Shown one piece after another: positions 9,779 to 18,117 of a stretch of DNA of 64,000 nt (positions are counted from its first letter, which is position 1; each line of letters begins with the position of its first letter). The stretch is from the NCBI GenBank assembly GCA_038227875.1, contig JBBRPR010000022.1, positions 32,001 to 96,000 of the forward strand, read 5' to 3'. This DNA is from Planctomycetota bacterium (GTDB taxonomy: Bacteria > Planctomycetota > SZUA-567 > H5-PLA8). Both the position numbers and the translations under genes were made by a program. Under the pieces are notes generated by a model that searched no databases, was not told where the DNA came from, and saw only the letters and a list, made by a program, of their open reading frames with translations.

Positions 9779-10882
9779 ATGAAACCGATTCGCATGGCCC
9801 TGGTGGGCGGATTTCTGGGTGCAGGCAAGACGACGCTGCTGGCCAACGCCGGCAAGCGCCTCGCCGCTCGGGGGCTCAACGTCGGCTTCATCACCAACGA
9901 TCAGGCCGCCGATCTGGTCGACACGGCGCTGCTGAAAGAGACCGGTATCGAAGTGAAGGAAGTTGCCGGCGCGTGCTTCTGCTGCAAATTCGACGACCTG
10001 ATCTCGCGCACGGAAGAACTCTACGCCAACCTTAAACCTGACGTACTGCTCAGCGAACCGGTCGGCAGCTGCACCGATCTTTCCGCGACGGTGCTCCAGC
10101 CCATCAAGCGCTTCTTCGGCGAACGCTTCCGCGTCGCGCCGTTCACGGTCGTGGTCGATCCAACGCGCTTGAAGGAACTGTTCTCCGGCGTTGAGAGCAT
10201 CTTCAGCAGCAACGTCATGTACGTCTACTCGAAGCAGCTCGAAGAAGCCGACGTCATTCTGCTCAACAAGATCGATCAGCTCAGCGAGACGGAAACCGCG
10301 GCGCTGTTGCAGCAGATCACGGCGCGTTTCCCCAACGCGAGCGCGATGGCGATCTCGGGGCTGAACGGTACGGGGCTCGACGCATGGCTGGACGTGATGC
10401 TCTCCGACCGGCCGTCGGGAAAGAACATTCTGGAAATCGATTACGACCGCTACGCCGATGGCGAGGCGGTGCTCGGTTGGCTCAATGCGTCGGTGAAGCT
10501 CAACGCCGGAAATCCGAAGGCGTGGCGCGAATTCGCATTTGAGCTGCTGCGGACATTCAAGGCCGAATTCAAAACGCAGAACGCGGAGATCGCGCACCTC
10601 AAATTATTCCTTAACGCCGACGGTACCGGACTGGTCGGAAATCTGACCAGCACGCGCGGGATGCCGTTTGTGATGGTGACGGGAAAGTCCGGCGACCCGA
10701 CGAACGCGGCGCTGCTAATCCTCAACGCGCGCGTCCACGGCACGCCGCAGCAATTGCGCGCCACGGTCGAGCGCGTGCTGAACGCGCTTCCGGCGCAGGG
10801 GATCCAAGTTGAAGTGGTGAACATCGAATGCTTCAGCCCGGGAAGACCGATGCCAACGCACCGGCTCAAAGCGGAGGTTTAA
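9779..10882 (+). CDS. CobW/COG0523-like G3E GTPase (metallochaperone-type)
   Basis: GGFLGAGKTT, GACFCC (CxCC), EPVGSCTDL, LNKID. Confidence 0.88.
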   Translation: MKPIRMALVGGFLGAGKTTLLANAGKRLAARGLNVGFITNDQAADLVDTALLKETGIEVKEVAGACFCCKFDDLISRTEELYANLKPDVLLSEPVGSCTDLSATVLQPIKRFFGERFRVAPFTVVVDPTRLKELFSGVESIFSSNVMYVYSKQLEEADVILLNKIDQLSETETAALLQQITARFPNASAMAISGLNGTGLDAWLDVMLSDRPSGKNILEIDYDRYADGEAVLGWLNASVKLNAGNPKAWREFAFELLRTFKAEFKTQNAEIAHLKLFLNADGTGLVGNLTSTRGMPFVMVTGKSGDPTNAALLILNARVHGTPQQLRATVERVLNALPAQGIQVEVVNIECFSPGRPMPTHRLKAEV

Positions 10883-11105
10883 TTTTTTTCGCGGCGAGCC
10901 CTTTGTAGTCCGGGCGTCTCGCCCGGAGTCACATTTCATAGGTTAAATTGGCGATTGGTTCGATGGATTTTCTAGATTCGAAGCAGTTCGTCTTTGTGCT
11001 TCGCGGCAGAGAGTCGGATGTTGACGGGTCAGATATTTTTTGACTTCGGTTACGATTTCCGGGCGAGACGCCCGGACTACAAAGGGCGTCTCGCCGCGGA
11101 AAATT
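10881..11105. repeat. REP doublet (REPIN-like): two inverted GTAG-type REP units with a 130-bp spacer
   Basis: Perfect 30-bp inverted repeat at 10898-10927 and 11058-11087; each unit contains GTAG + TCCGGGCG-TCT-CGCCCGGA; imperfect extension to about 45 bp; lies between convergent genes. Confidence 0.85.
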
Positions 11106-11117
11106 ACGCTTACAACG

Positions 11118-11876
11118 TTACTTCTTCCCCGACGCCAGCTTGTTTGACGTGAGATACGCATAGCTGTCGCGCACGGCTTGCATCATGTCGGTGGCGCAGC
11201 GGTCGAGTTCGATCGGCAGCGCTGCGCAGTTGCCGGCGGCTTCCGCGGCGTGGATGCAGTCGGCGACAGGGACGTCACCTTTACCCACGGCGACCATGTC
11301 CAGATTCGGTTCGCGCTTGTTGGCCGGGCCGTCCTTGACATGGAGGAAGCGGATGCGCTTGCCGTAGCGCTTGATGTATTCCGCCGGCTTGCCACCGCCG
11401 CACTGGGCCCAGTAAATGTCGAGCTCCAGATGCGCGCGCGGGCAGAGTTCCAGCAACTTGTCGTAGCGCGGCGTATGGAACTCCCACCAGTGGTTGTGCA
11501 GCGAAACAGTGAAACCCTTCGGCACAAAATAATCGAGCGCCGCATTCAGATCGTCGGCGGTCTTCTTAAGAATCTCGTCGTTCTCAAAGACGTTCTGACC
11601 GTAGCCGTTGATCACATCTTTGACGCCCACCACGCCTGCGTCTTCGACCAGCTGCGGCCGCTTCTGCGCGTCGAGAATCGGACCCCAGAGCGCGCTGACC
11701 TTCAAGCCCAGCTCATCGAGCTCGGGCTTCACGGCCTTCGCGGTCTTGCCAAAAAAATCACCCATTTCCACATGGCCATACCCGATTTCTGAAATCGTCT
11801 TCAGCACCGAATGGTAGCCCTGCGTTTTGATCAGCTCACGAACGGTATAGAGCTGAATCGAGATCGGCAACGCCAT
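11118..11876 (-). CDS. Sugar phosphate isomerase/epimerase (xylose isomerase-like TIM barrel)
   Basis: ISIQLYTVRE, HNHWWEF, LELDIYW, LHVKDG, IELD. Confidence 0.9.
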   Translation of the reverse strand: MALPISIQLYTVRELIKTQGYHSVLKTISEIGYGHVEMGDFFGKTAKAVKPELDELGLKVSALWGPILDAQKRPQLVEDAGVVGVKDVINGYGQNVFENDEILKKTADDLNAALDYFVPKGFTVSLHNHWWEFHTPRYDKLLELCPRAHLELDIYWAQCGGGKPAEYIKRYGKRIRFLHVKDGPANKREPNLDMVAVGKGDVPVADCIHAAEAAGNCAALPIELDRCATDMMQAVRDSYAYLTSNKLASGKK

Positions 11877-12027
11877 CGTCTGCTCCTTAAAAGGTAGAAT
11901 TGGACAACAGGAATGCATAAAGCGTGTGCGCGAGCAGCTTCGGCGTCAAGCGACGCTTGAGCGGACACCTCGTGGCAAATTTGCGACAAGGTAAATCGCG
12001 TCAAATTCTTACATTGTGCGCGATTCC

Positions 12028-12049
12028 GTGGTTGCAAATTTGCAACCAC
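12028..12049. promoter_or_regulatory. Perfect 22-bp palindrome, candidate operator
   Basis: GTGGTTGCAAATTTGCAACCAC; a second GCAAATTTGC core at 11975-11984, both upstream of the epimerase. Confidence 0.55.
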
Positions 12050-12090
12050 CAAAAACCACTGAATTGCGGACACTGAGCTACGCGCTAGGT

Positions 12091-13545
12091 TCAGGGCGTC
12101 GGAGCCACAACCGAGACGGGAACGCCTTCGACCATTCGTTCATTGGGCGCGGCGACGACGTCGTCCTTCTCGTCCAGCCCGGCGGTCACGGTATAGGTCG
12201 AACCGAAATCGGTTTCGACGGTCACTTTCTGAAAGTGGACCTTGCCGTCGCGGACCGTGATGACCTGCGTGCCATCGGCGTTCACCACCAGCGTGCTGCC
12301 GGGGAGAATCAGCGGCGGCGTGGTGCTCAGCACGGCCAGCTTGACCTGCGCGTACATGCCGGCGAGGAGTTCGCCGCTCTTGTTGGGAATCTGGATTTCC
12401 GTGCGAAGCGTGCGCGACGCGATGTCGATGGCGTGAGCGGTGCGGACGACCGTGCCGGTGTACTTGTTCGCCGGGAATTCGCGGACGAGCAATTGCACGT
12501 TCTGCCCTTCCTTGACCGTCGGCGCGTACGCTTGCGGCACATCGAGGAAGACGCGGACGGGATCGGTGCAGGCGAGGTGGAAGAGCGGCTGCGCGTTGGT
12601 GCCGCTGCCGGCGGTGATCAGCGCGCCCTCTTCGGCCTGGCGCGCGGTGATCGTGCCGTCGAATGGCGCGGTCACGCGTTCGAACGATTGCAGCACTTCC
12701 AGGCGCCGCACGTTGGATTCGGCCGCGTTGACGTTGGCTTGCGCCGCATTGATGTTCGCCTTCGAGGCCACGATCGTCGCCTCGGCCGATTGCACGGCGG
12801 CCTCGTCGGCGTTCACGGCAGCCTTGGTGGTTTTCACATCGGTCTCGCGCTGGGAGATATCCTGCTCGGAAACGCTGTTGGTGCCGCGCAGATTTTCGTA
12901 GCGCTTCATCGTCACTTCGGCATTGCCGGCCGTCGCCTGCGCGTTGACCAGGTCGGCCTTGGAGCGCTCCAGCGCAGCGTTCGACTGTTCCAACGCCGCA
13001 CGCGATTGCTCCAGTGCCGCTCGCGTTTGCTGCAGCGAGGCGCGAGCCTGTTCCAATTGCATGTCCACTTCCGGTGAATCGATCTCGGCCAGCAGTTGTC
13101 CGGTCTTGACGCTGTCGCCGATGTCGACCTTCCAATGCTTCAAATACCCAGTGGTCCGCGCATAGAGCGTGGTCTCGCGGACGGCTTCGATCTGACCGGG
13201 CAGCAGCGCGTCGTTGCTGACAGGCGCGCGTTTGGCGTTGACTGTGGTAACGCGGATCGCCGCGGTCTTAATGTGCTCGGCGTCTTCCGTCAGGCGCGAT
13301 TCGCGCGCTTTCAGCGGCATCCAGCCCAGCATGAACAATCCACCAAATACGCCAAGCGCGACGATGAAAATCAGGAGAATCCAAACGGCTTTCGGACGGC
13401 TGGTTTTCTGCAGTGTGAAATCGGGTTCATGCTCCGTCGCGGCGTGTTTCTGCGCGGGAGCCTGAGGCGCCGGCGTGGCTGCCGCCGATGACGTATGTTC
13501 GGCTTCCGATTTCATCATCCGCACCGAAGAAGGACTATGCCCCAT
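12091..13545 (-). CDS. RND efflux periplasmic adaptor (MFP) subunit
   Basis: N-terminal TM, YARTTGYL...VDIGDSVKTGQLLAEID, long coiled coil, VTAPFDGTIT, LLAGMYAQV. Confidence 0.93.
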   Translation of the reverse strand: MGHSPSSVRMMKSEAEHTSSAAATPAPQAPAQKHAATEHEPDFTLQKTSRPKAVWILLIFIVALGVFGGLFMLGWMPLKARESRLTEDAEHIKTAAIRVTTVNAKRAPVSNDALLPGQIEAVRETTLYARTTGYLKHWKVDIGDSVKTGQLLAEIDSPEVDMQLEQARASLQQTRAALEQSRAALEQSNAALERSKADLVNAQATAGNAEVTMKRYENLRGTNSVSEQDISQRETDVKTTKAAVNADEAAVQSAEATIVASKANINAAQANVNAAESNVRRLEVLQSFERVTAPFDGTITARQAEEGALITAGSGTNAQPLFHLACTDPVRVFLDVPQAYAPTVKEGQNVQLLVREFPANKYTGTVVRTAHAIDIASRTLRTEIQIPNKSGELLAGMYAQVKLAVLSTTPPLILPGSTLVVNADGTQVITVRDGKVHFQKVTVETDFGSTYTVTAGLDEKDDVVAAPNERMVEGVPVSVVAPTP

Positions 13546-13568
13546 GGCTGAACTCCGTCAGAATTGAA

Positions 13569-16500
13569 TTATGCATGAACGGTCGTCGCTTTAGAAGCCG
13601 CTTCCTGCGCCTGCGCGACCTCCAGTTCCAGCGCGTCGGTCTTGTGCTGCTTGCGTCGAACGATGGTGTAAATCACCGGCACAAAAAACAACGTGGCGAA
13701 GGTTGCGCAGATCAGTCCGCCGATCACCGCGCGGCCCAGCGGCGCGTTCTGCTCACCGCCCTCCCCCAGCCCGAGGCTCATCGGCAGCATCCCCAGGATC
13801 ATCGCCAGCGCCGTCATCAAGACCGGGCGCAGGCGCGTGACGCCGGCGATCCACGCGGCATCCATCGCCGACTGGCCTTCGGCGCGTTGATCGTTGGCGA
13901 AGGTGACGAGCAAAATACTGTTGGCCGTCGCCGTCCCGATGCTCATGATCGCGCCCATCAGCGAGGGCACGCAGATGTTGGTGCCGGTGGCGAACAGCAT
14001 CCACAGAATTCCCGCCAGCGCGCCGGGCAAGGCCATCAGGATCACGAACGGATCGGACCACGATTGGAAATTCACGACCAGCAGGAGATAGACAAGCAGC
14101 ACGGCGAAGATCAAGCCGAACGACAAGCCGCGGAACGACGTCCGCATGCTTTCAACCTGGCCGCGGATGATGACCGTGGTGCCGCGCGGCAGCTTGGGGC
14201 GAACTTTCGTCACGGGATCGGGCGGGCCGCCGACTTCGTCGAGCACTCTGTCGACGCCGGCGGCGACGCGGCCGAGATCCTGGTCCTGCACGCCGGCGAG
14301 CACATCGAACGTCGGCGCCACGGCGTAGTGCGTGATGTTCACCGGACTGAAACTGCGTGTGACGGCTCCGAGGTTGCCCAGCAATTGCGGGTTGGCCTGG
14401 TTGCCGACGGTTACCGGCGTGTTATTGATGCCGGTGACGGAATTCATTTTGTACTGCGGCGTTTGCACGGCGAGGATGTACTGCACGCCGGTTTTCGGAT
14501 CGAGCCAGTAGTTCGGCGCGGCCTGTCCGCTGGAACTGAGCGAGACCAGTACGTCGCCGGCAACATCACGCTGCGACACGCCCAGCTGGCTGGCCATGGT
14601 GCGATCGACGTCGATATGCAGTTCCGGCGCGTTGGGAACCTGCTGCAGATGCGCGTCGACGGCACCCGGAATCGCGGACATCTTGTCGCGGATCAAATAT
14701 GCAAGCTTCAAGTTCTCTGGAATGTTGCGCCGCGGCCCGGCGATCTGGACGTCGATCGGCGCCGGCAGCCCGAAGTTCAAGACCTGCGTGCTGATATCCG
14801 GCGGCTGAAAGTAGACCACCAGTTCGGGGAACTGCTGCGCCAGCTGGGTGCGGATCTCCTTCACGTATTCGGCGGTTGGGCGGTGTTCTTCCGCGAGCGT
14901 GATCGAGATTTCGCCGTCAGCGCTGGAGATCAGCGAACCGTCGCTCAGAGCCAGATTGATGCCGCTGTTGGGAATGCCAATGTTGTCGAGTGCGGTCTTG
15001 AGCTCCGCGGGTGGAATGATCTTGTGGACGACGTCCTCGACTTTCGCGAAGTAGCGTTCGGTTTCTTCGATGCGTGTGCCGGGCGGCGCGCGGACGTGGA
15101 AACGGATCTGTCCGGCATCGACAGTCGGGAAGAAATCCTGGCCGATCAACAGCACCAGTCCGCACGACGAGGTGACGAAGAGCAGGAAGGCCACGATCAC
15201 GGCCGCGCGATGGTCCAGCGCCCACGCCAGCCAGCCGCCGTAGATGCGGCGCATGCCGTTGAAGAGCTGATTGAAAATGTCGTGAATGTGCCAGAATAGC
15301 GAGCGCTTGGGTTCGGAGTCCGCATTGCTGTGCGCCAGTTCGCGTTCCACTTCAGGTCCGAGCAGATAATGGATCATCGTCGGCACCAGCGTGCGGCTGA
15401 GGAAGTAGGAAGTCATCATCGCGAAGACCACGGACATGGCCAACGGGGTGAACAGGCTTTTCGCCGCGCCGCTGATGAAGACGACCGGCACGAAGACGAT
15501 GCAGATGCATAAGGTGGAAACAAACGCCGGCATGGCGATCTGCTGGGCGCCGTCGAGGATGGCTTGGATGATTGGCTTGCGCATGTGGATGTTGCGATGG
15601 ACGTTTTCGATTTCCACCGTCGCATCGTCGACCAGGATGCCGACGGCCAGCGCCATGCCGCCGAGGGTCATGACATTCAGCGTCTGGCCCAGCGCCGCGA
15701 GAATCATGATCGCGACGAGAATCGAGAGCGGAATGGAAATGCAGACGATGATGGTACTGCGCCACGAGCCCAGGAAGAGCAGGATCATCAGCGCCGTCAA
15801 TCCGGCGGCGATGCCGGCTTCCTTGACGACGCCGGAGATGGCGGCGCGCACGAAGATCGACTGATCGTTAACCAGGGAACAATTCAGTTCCTTGGGCATG
15901 GTCGCCTGTACAGCGGGGAGATTGGCTTTGACGCCATCGACGATGTCCAGCGTCGACGCGCCGCTCTTCAGCACAGGCTGGAGGACGCCGCGAGTGCCGT
16001 TGACGTTGACAATGTTGGTCTGCGGAATGGCGCCGTCGCGCACGTGACCGATGTCGCGGACGTAGACGGTGCGCCCCTTGATGGTCTTCACGGGGAGGTC
16101 GTTGAGTTCGTCGATCGTTTTCGTGCTGGAGTTCAAGCGGATCTGGAATTCCGTCATGCCGATCTTGGACGTACCGCTGGGCAGAATCAGATTCTGATTG
16201 CTCAGCGCAGTCGACACGTCCTGTGGCGAAAGGTTGAAGCCGTAGAGTTTCTCGGGATCGATGTCGACCATCACCTGGCGCTGCTTGCCGCCATACGGAT
16301 AGGGAATCTGCGCTCCTGGAACCGATGCCATGCCCGGACGCAGGACATTTGTGGTGAGGTCGAAGATCTGTTGCTCGGAGAGCGTGTCGCTACCCAGCGA
16401 GGCCTGCACGATCGGCACGTTGCTGGCACTGTAACGGATCACCAGGGGCGGAGTGGTTCCCGGCGGCATGCCGCGGATGACGCCCTGCGCAGCGGAGGTA

Positions 16501-16826
16501 ATCTGCGCGATTGCATTGGGAACATTGGCGCCGGGCTGCAGGTAGATTTTGACGATGGCTTCGCCGGAGATCGACTGACTTTCAATGTGTTCGATATCGC
16601 TGACCACGGAGACAAGAACACGCTCGAACGTGCCAGTGATGCGCGTCTCCATCTCTTCGGCGGGAAGGCCCTGGTAATTCCAGATCGTGGCGCAGACGGG
16701 GATGTCAATTTCCGGGAAGATGTCCTTGGACATCCGCGAAATGGTGAAAACGCCAGCGACCGCGATGAGCACGGCCATAACCACAAACGTATAGGGGCGT
16801 CGGAGAGCAAGTGCGACAATCCACAT
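13569..16826 (-). CDS. RND efflux permease (AcrB/AcrD/AcrF family)
   Basis: 1085 aa; DIFPEIDIP, AVGILVDDATVEIEN, RLRPVLMTALAMILGMLP. Confidence 0.95.
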   Translation of the reverse strand: MWIVALALRRPYTFVVMAVLIAVAGVFTISRMSKDIFPEIDIPVCATIWNYQGLPAEEMETRITGTFERVLVSVVSDIEHIESQSISGEAIVKIYLQPGANVPNAIAQITSAAQGVIRGMPPGTTPPLVIRYSASNVPIVQASLGSDTLSEQQIFDLTTNVLRPGMASVPGAQIPYPYGGKQRQVMVDIDPEKLYGFNLSPQDVSTALSNQNLILPSGTSKIGMTEFQIRLNSSTKTIDELNDLPVKTIKGRTVYVRDIGHVRDGAIPQTNIVNVNGTRGVLQPVLKSGASTLDIVDGVKANLPAVQATMPKELNCSLVNDQSIFVRAAISGVVKEAGIAAGLTALMILLFLGSWRSTIIVCISIPLSILVAIMILAALGQTLNVMTLGGMALAVGILVDDATVEIENVHRNIHMRKPIIQAILDGAQQIAMPAFVSTLCICIVFVPVVFISGAAKSLFTPLAMSVVFAMMTSYFLSRTLVPTMIHYLLGPEVERELAHSNADSEPKRSLFWHIHDIFNQLFNGMRRIYGGWLAWALDHRAAVIVAFLLFVTSSCGLVLLIGQDFFPTVDAGQIRFHVRAPPGTRIEETERYFAKVEDVVHKIIPPAELKTALDNIGIPNSGINLALSDGSLISSADGEISITLAEEHRPTAEYVKEIRTQLAQQFPELVVYFQPPDISTQVLNFGLPAPIDVQIAGPRRNIPENLKLAYLIRDKMSAIPGAVDAHLQQVPNAPELHIDVDRTMASQLGVSQRDVAGDVLVSLSSSGQAAPNYWLDPKTGVQYILAVQTPQYKMNSVTGINNTPVTVGNQANPQLLGNLGAVTRSFSPVNITHYAVAPTFDVLAGVQDQDLGRVAAGVDRVLDEVGGPPDPVTKVRPKLPRGTTVIIRGQVESMRTSFRGLSFGLIFAVLLVYLLLVVNFQSWSDPFVILMALPGALAGILWMLFATGTNICVPSLMGAIMSIGTATANSILLVTFANDQRAEGQSAMDAAWIAGVTRLRPVLMTALAMILGMLPMSLGLGEGGEQNAPLGRAVIGGLICATFATLFFVPVIYTIVRRKQHKTDALELEVAQAQEAASKATTVHA

Positions 16827-17124
16827 CGGTCAGCGACCTCATTCCCAGAGGTGACAAAGGCCGAGACTATTCGTCTCATGCTTGAGAATAATGTACCATA
16901 CGGTAGGCAATGTTCTATTAAAGTATACGTAAACGTACTAGTTTTTATAAATTACTGTCGGTCATATATTCTGCAAACTCTCGGTCAGTTATGTGTTTAT
17001 GCCAGGGTCCGCGCACCCGGCGTTGCAACCCTTGAGGTGGATTCGGAATGCGCTATGTTGAATGAAAATGACCATGGAGACCGTGGTCCCCATGGTTAGA
17101 AATAAGCAATTTTGTGATCGAAAA

Positions 17125-17982
17125 CTATATTGCGCGCAACACCGCTACCTGCTTCAACGTTTCGCTGGTGATCGCCAGGAAGTCTTCCTTGGTCAGCCCG
17201 ATACTCGTGGCCAGCTGATCGGGAATACTTACCTTAAAGGTGCGACGGTTATCGATCGCGGTGGACTCGACGCTGTGAGCCACGTGATCGGCGACGGCCA
17301 AAATGCGCCACGAATCCTTGGTTGAGGCGTCGCTGGGCTTGTCGTGGTGAGCGGCAATCGGCTTGACGACCAGGTCGGGAATCTTCCAGAACCGCAGCAG
17401 TTCTGCGCCGAGCGAGGCGTGTTGCGTACCGTAAATCTGCTGCTCGCGTTTCACCAGCTCTTCGCCAAAGAGTTGACCTTTGTTGCACAGTTCCAGATAG
17501 TCTTTTCCGGCCTGAGCCAGCAGGAGTTTGCCGATGTCGTGCAGAATTCCAGCGGTGAAGAAAAGGTCGGCGAAGCGGGGATTTAAGCGGCGGGCGAGTG
17601 TGCGCGCGAAGATGCCGGTCTTGAGCGAGTGGTCCCACTGCTCAGCGAAGAATTGTTCCATCTGCGGCGTGGTAGCCTTGAACATTTCTTTACCTTTGCA
17701 GGCGGCGGCGATCGACCAGATTTCGGTATAGCCCAGCCGCACGATGGCGTCATCAACGCTGCGGACAGTACGTACCGAGCCGTAGAATGCGGAATTGGCC
17801 GACTTCAGAATCTGTGCCGTCAGGCTGGCGTCTGACGAGAGCATGTCGACAAGTTTGTCGTTCTGCTGCTTGGCGTTGTTGAGCGCCTCAACCAGGCTCA
17901 GGAAGACGGTGGGGCAGACTGGAATTTTGATGTTGCGCTTCAGGATTTCTTCCAGCGTGAGCGGTTGCAGGGTTGAGACCAT
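17125..17982 (-). CDS. HDOD domain protein
   Basis: DASLTAQILKSANSAFYG, AIVRLG, WDHS, AGILHDIGKL, AAHH; GGAGG RBS before ATG 17982. Confidence 0.9.
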   Translation of the reverse strand: MVSTLQPLTLEEILKRNIKIPVCPTVFLSLVEALNNAKQQNDKLVDMLSSDASLTAQILKSANSAFYGSVRTVRSVDDAIVRLGYTEIWSIAAACKGKEMFKATTPQMEQFFAEQWDHSLKTGIFARTLARRLNPRFADLFFTAGILHDIGKLLLAQAGKDYLELCNKGQLFGEELVKREQQIYGTQHASLGAELLRFWKIPDLVVKPIAAHHDKPSDASTKDSWRILAVADHVAHSVESTAIDNRRTFKVSIPDQLATSIGLTKEDFLAITSETLKQVAVLRAI

Positions 17983-18029
17983 AACATCCTCCCGTGAGCA
18001 GAGACCAATGGCATCCTTCGCTTCCAGAT

Positions 18030-18056
18030 TCATCGGGGGGAAACGTACGAAATTCA
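18030..18056 (-). promoter_or_regulatory. Weak sigma28-like promoter for the HDOD gene
   Basis: Minus strand TGAA-N15-CCCGATGA. Confidence 0.35.
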
Positions 18057-18117
18057 GCCAGAAAAAATGTTCAGTGCGGAAATCCGTGCTGAACGCGAGG
18101 TTCAAAATGCGTCTGAA

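Noticed and set aside
10881..11105. CRISPR array or complete IS element
   Set aside because: Only two units, inverted rather than direct; no cas or transposase ORF
16830..17120. AT-rich gaps (also 20206-20450) as island boundaries or small genes
   Set aside because: No integrase, tRNA or direct repeats; consistent with ordinary regulatory DNA
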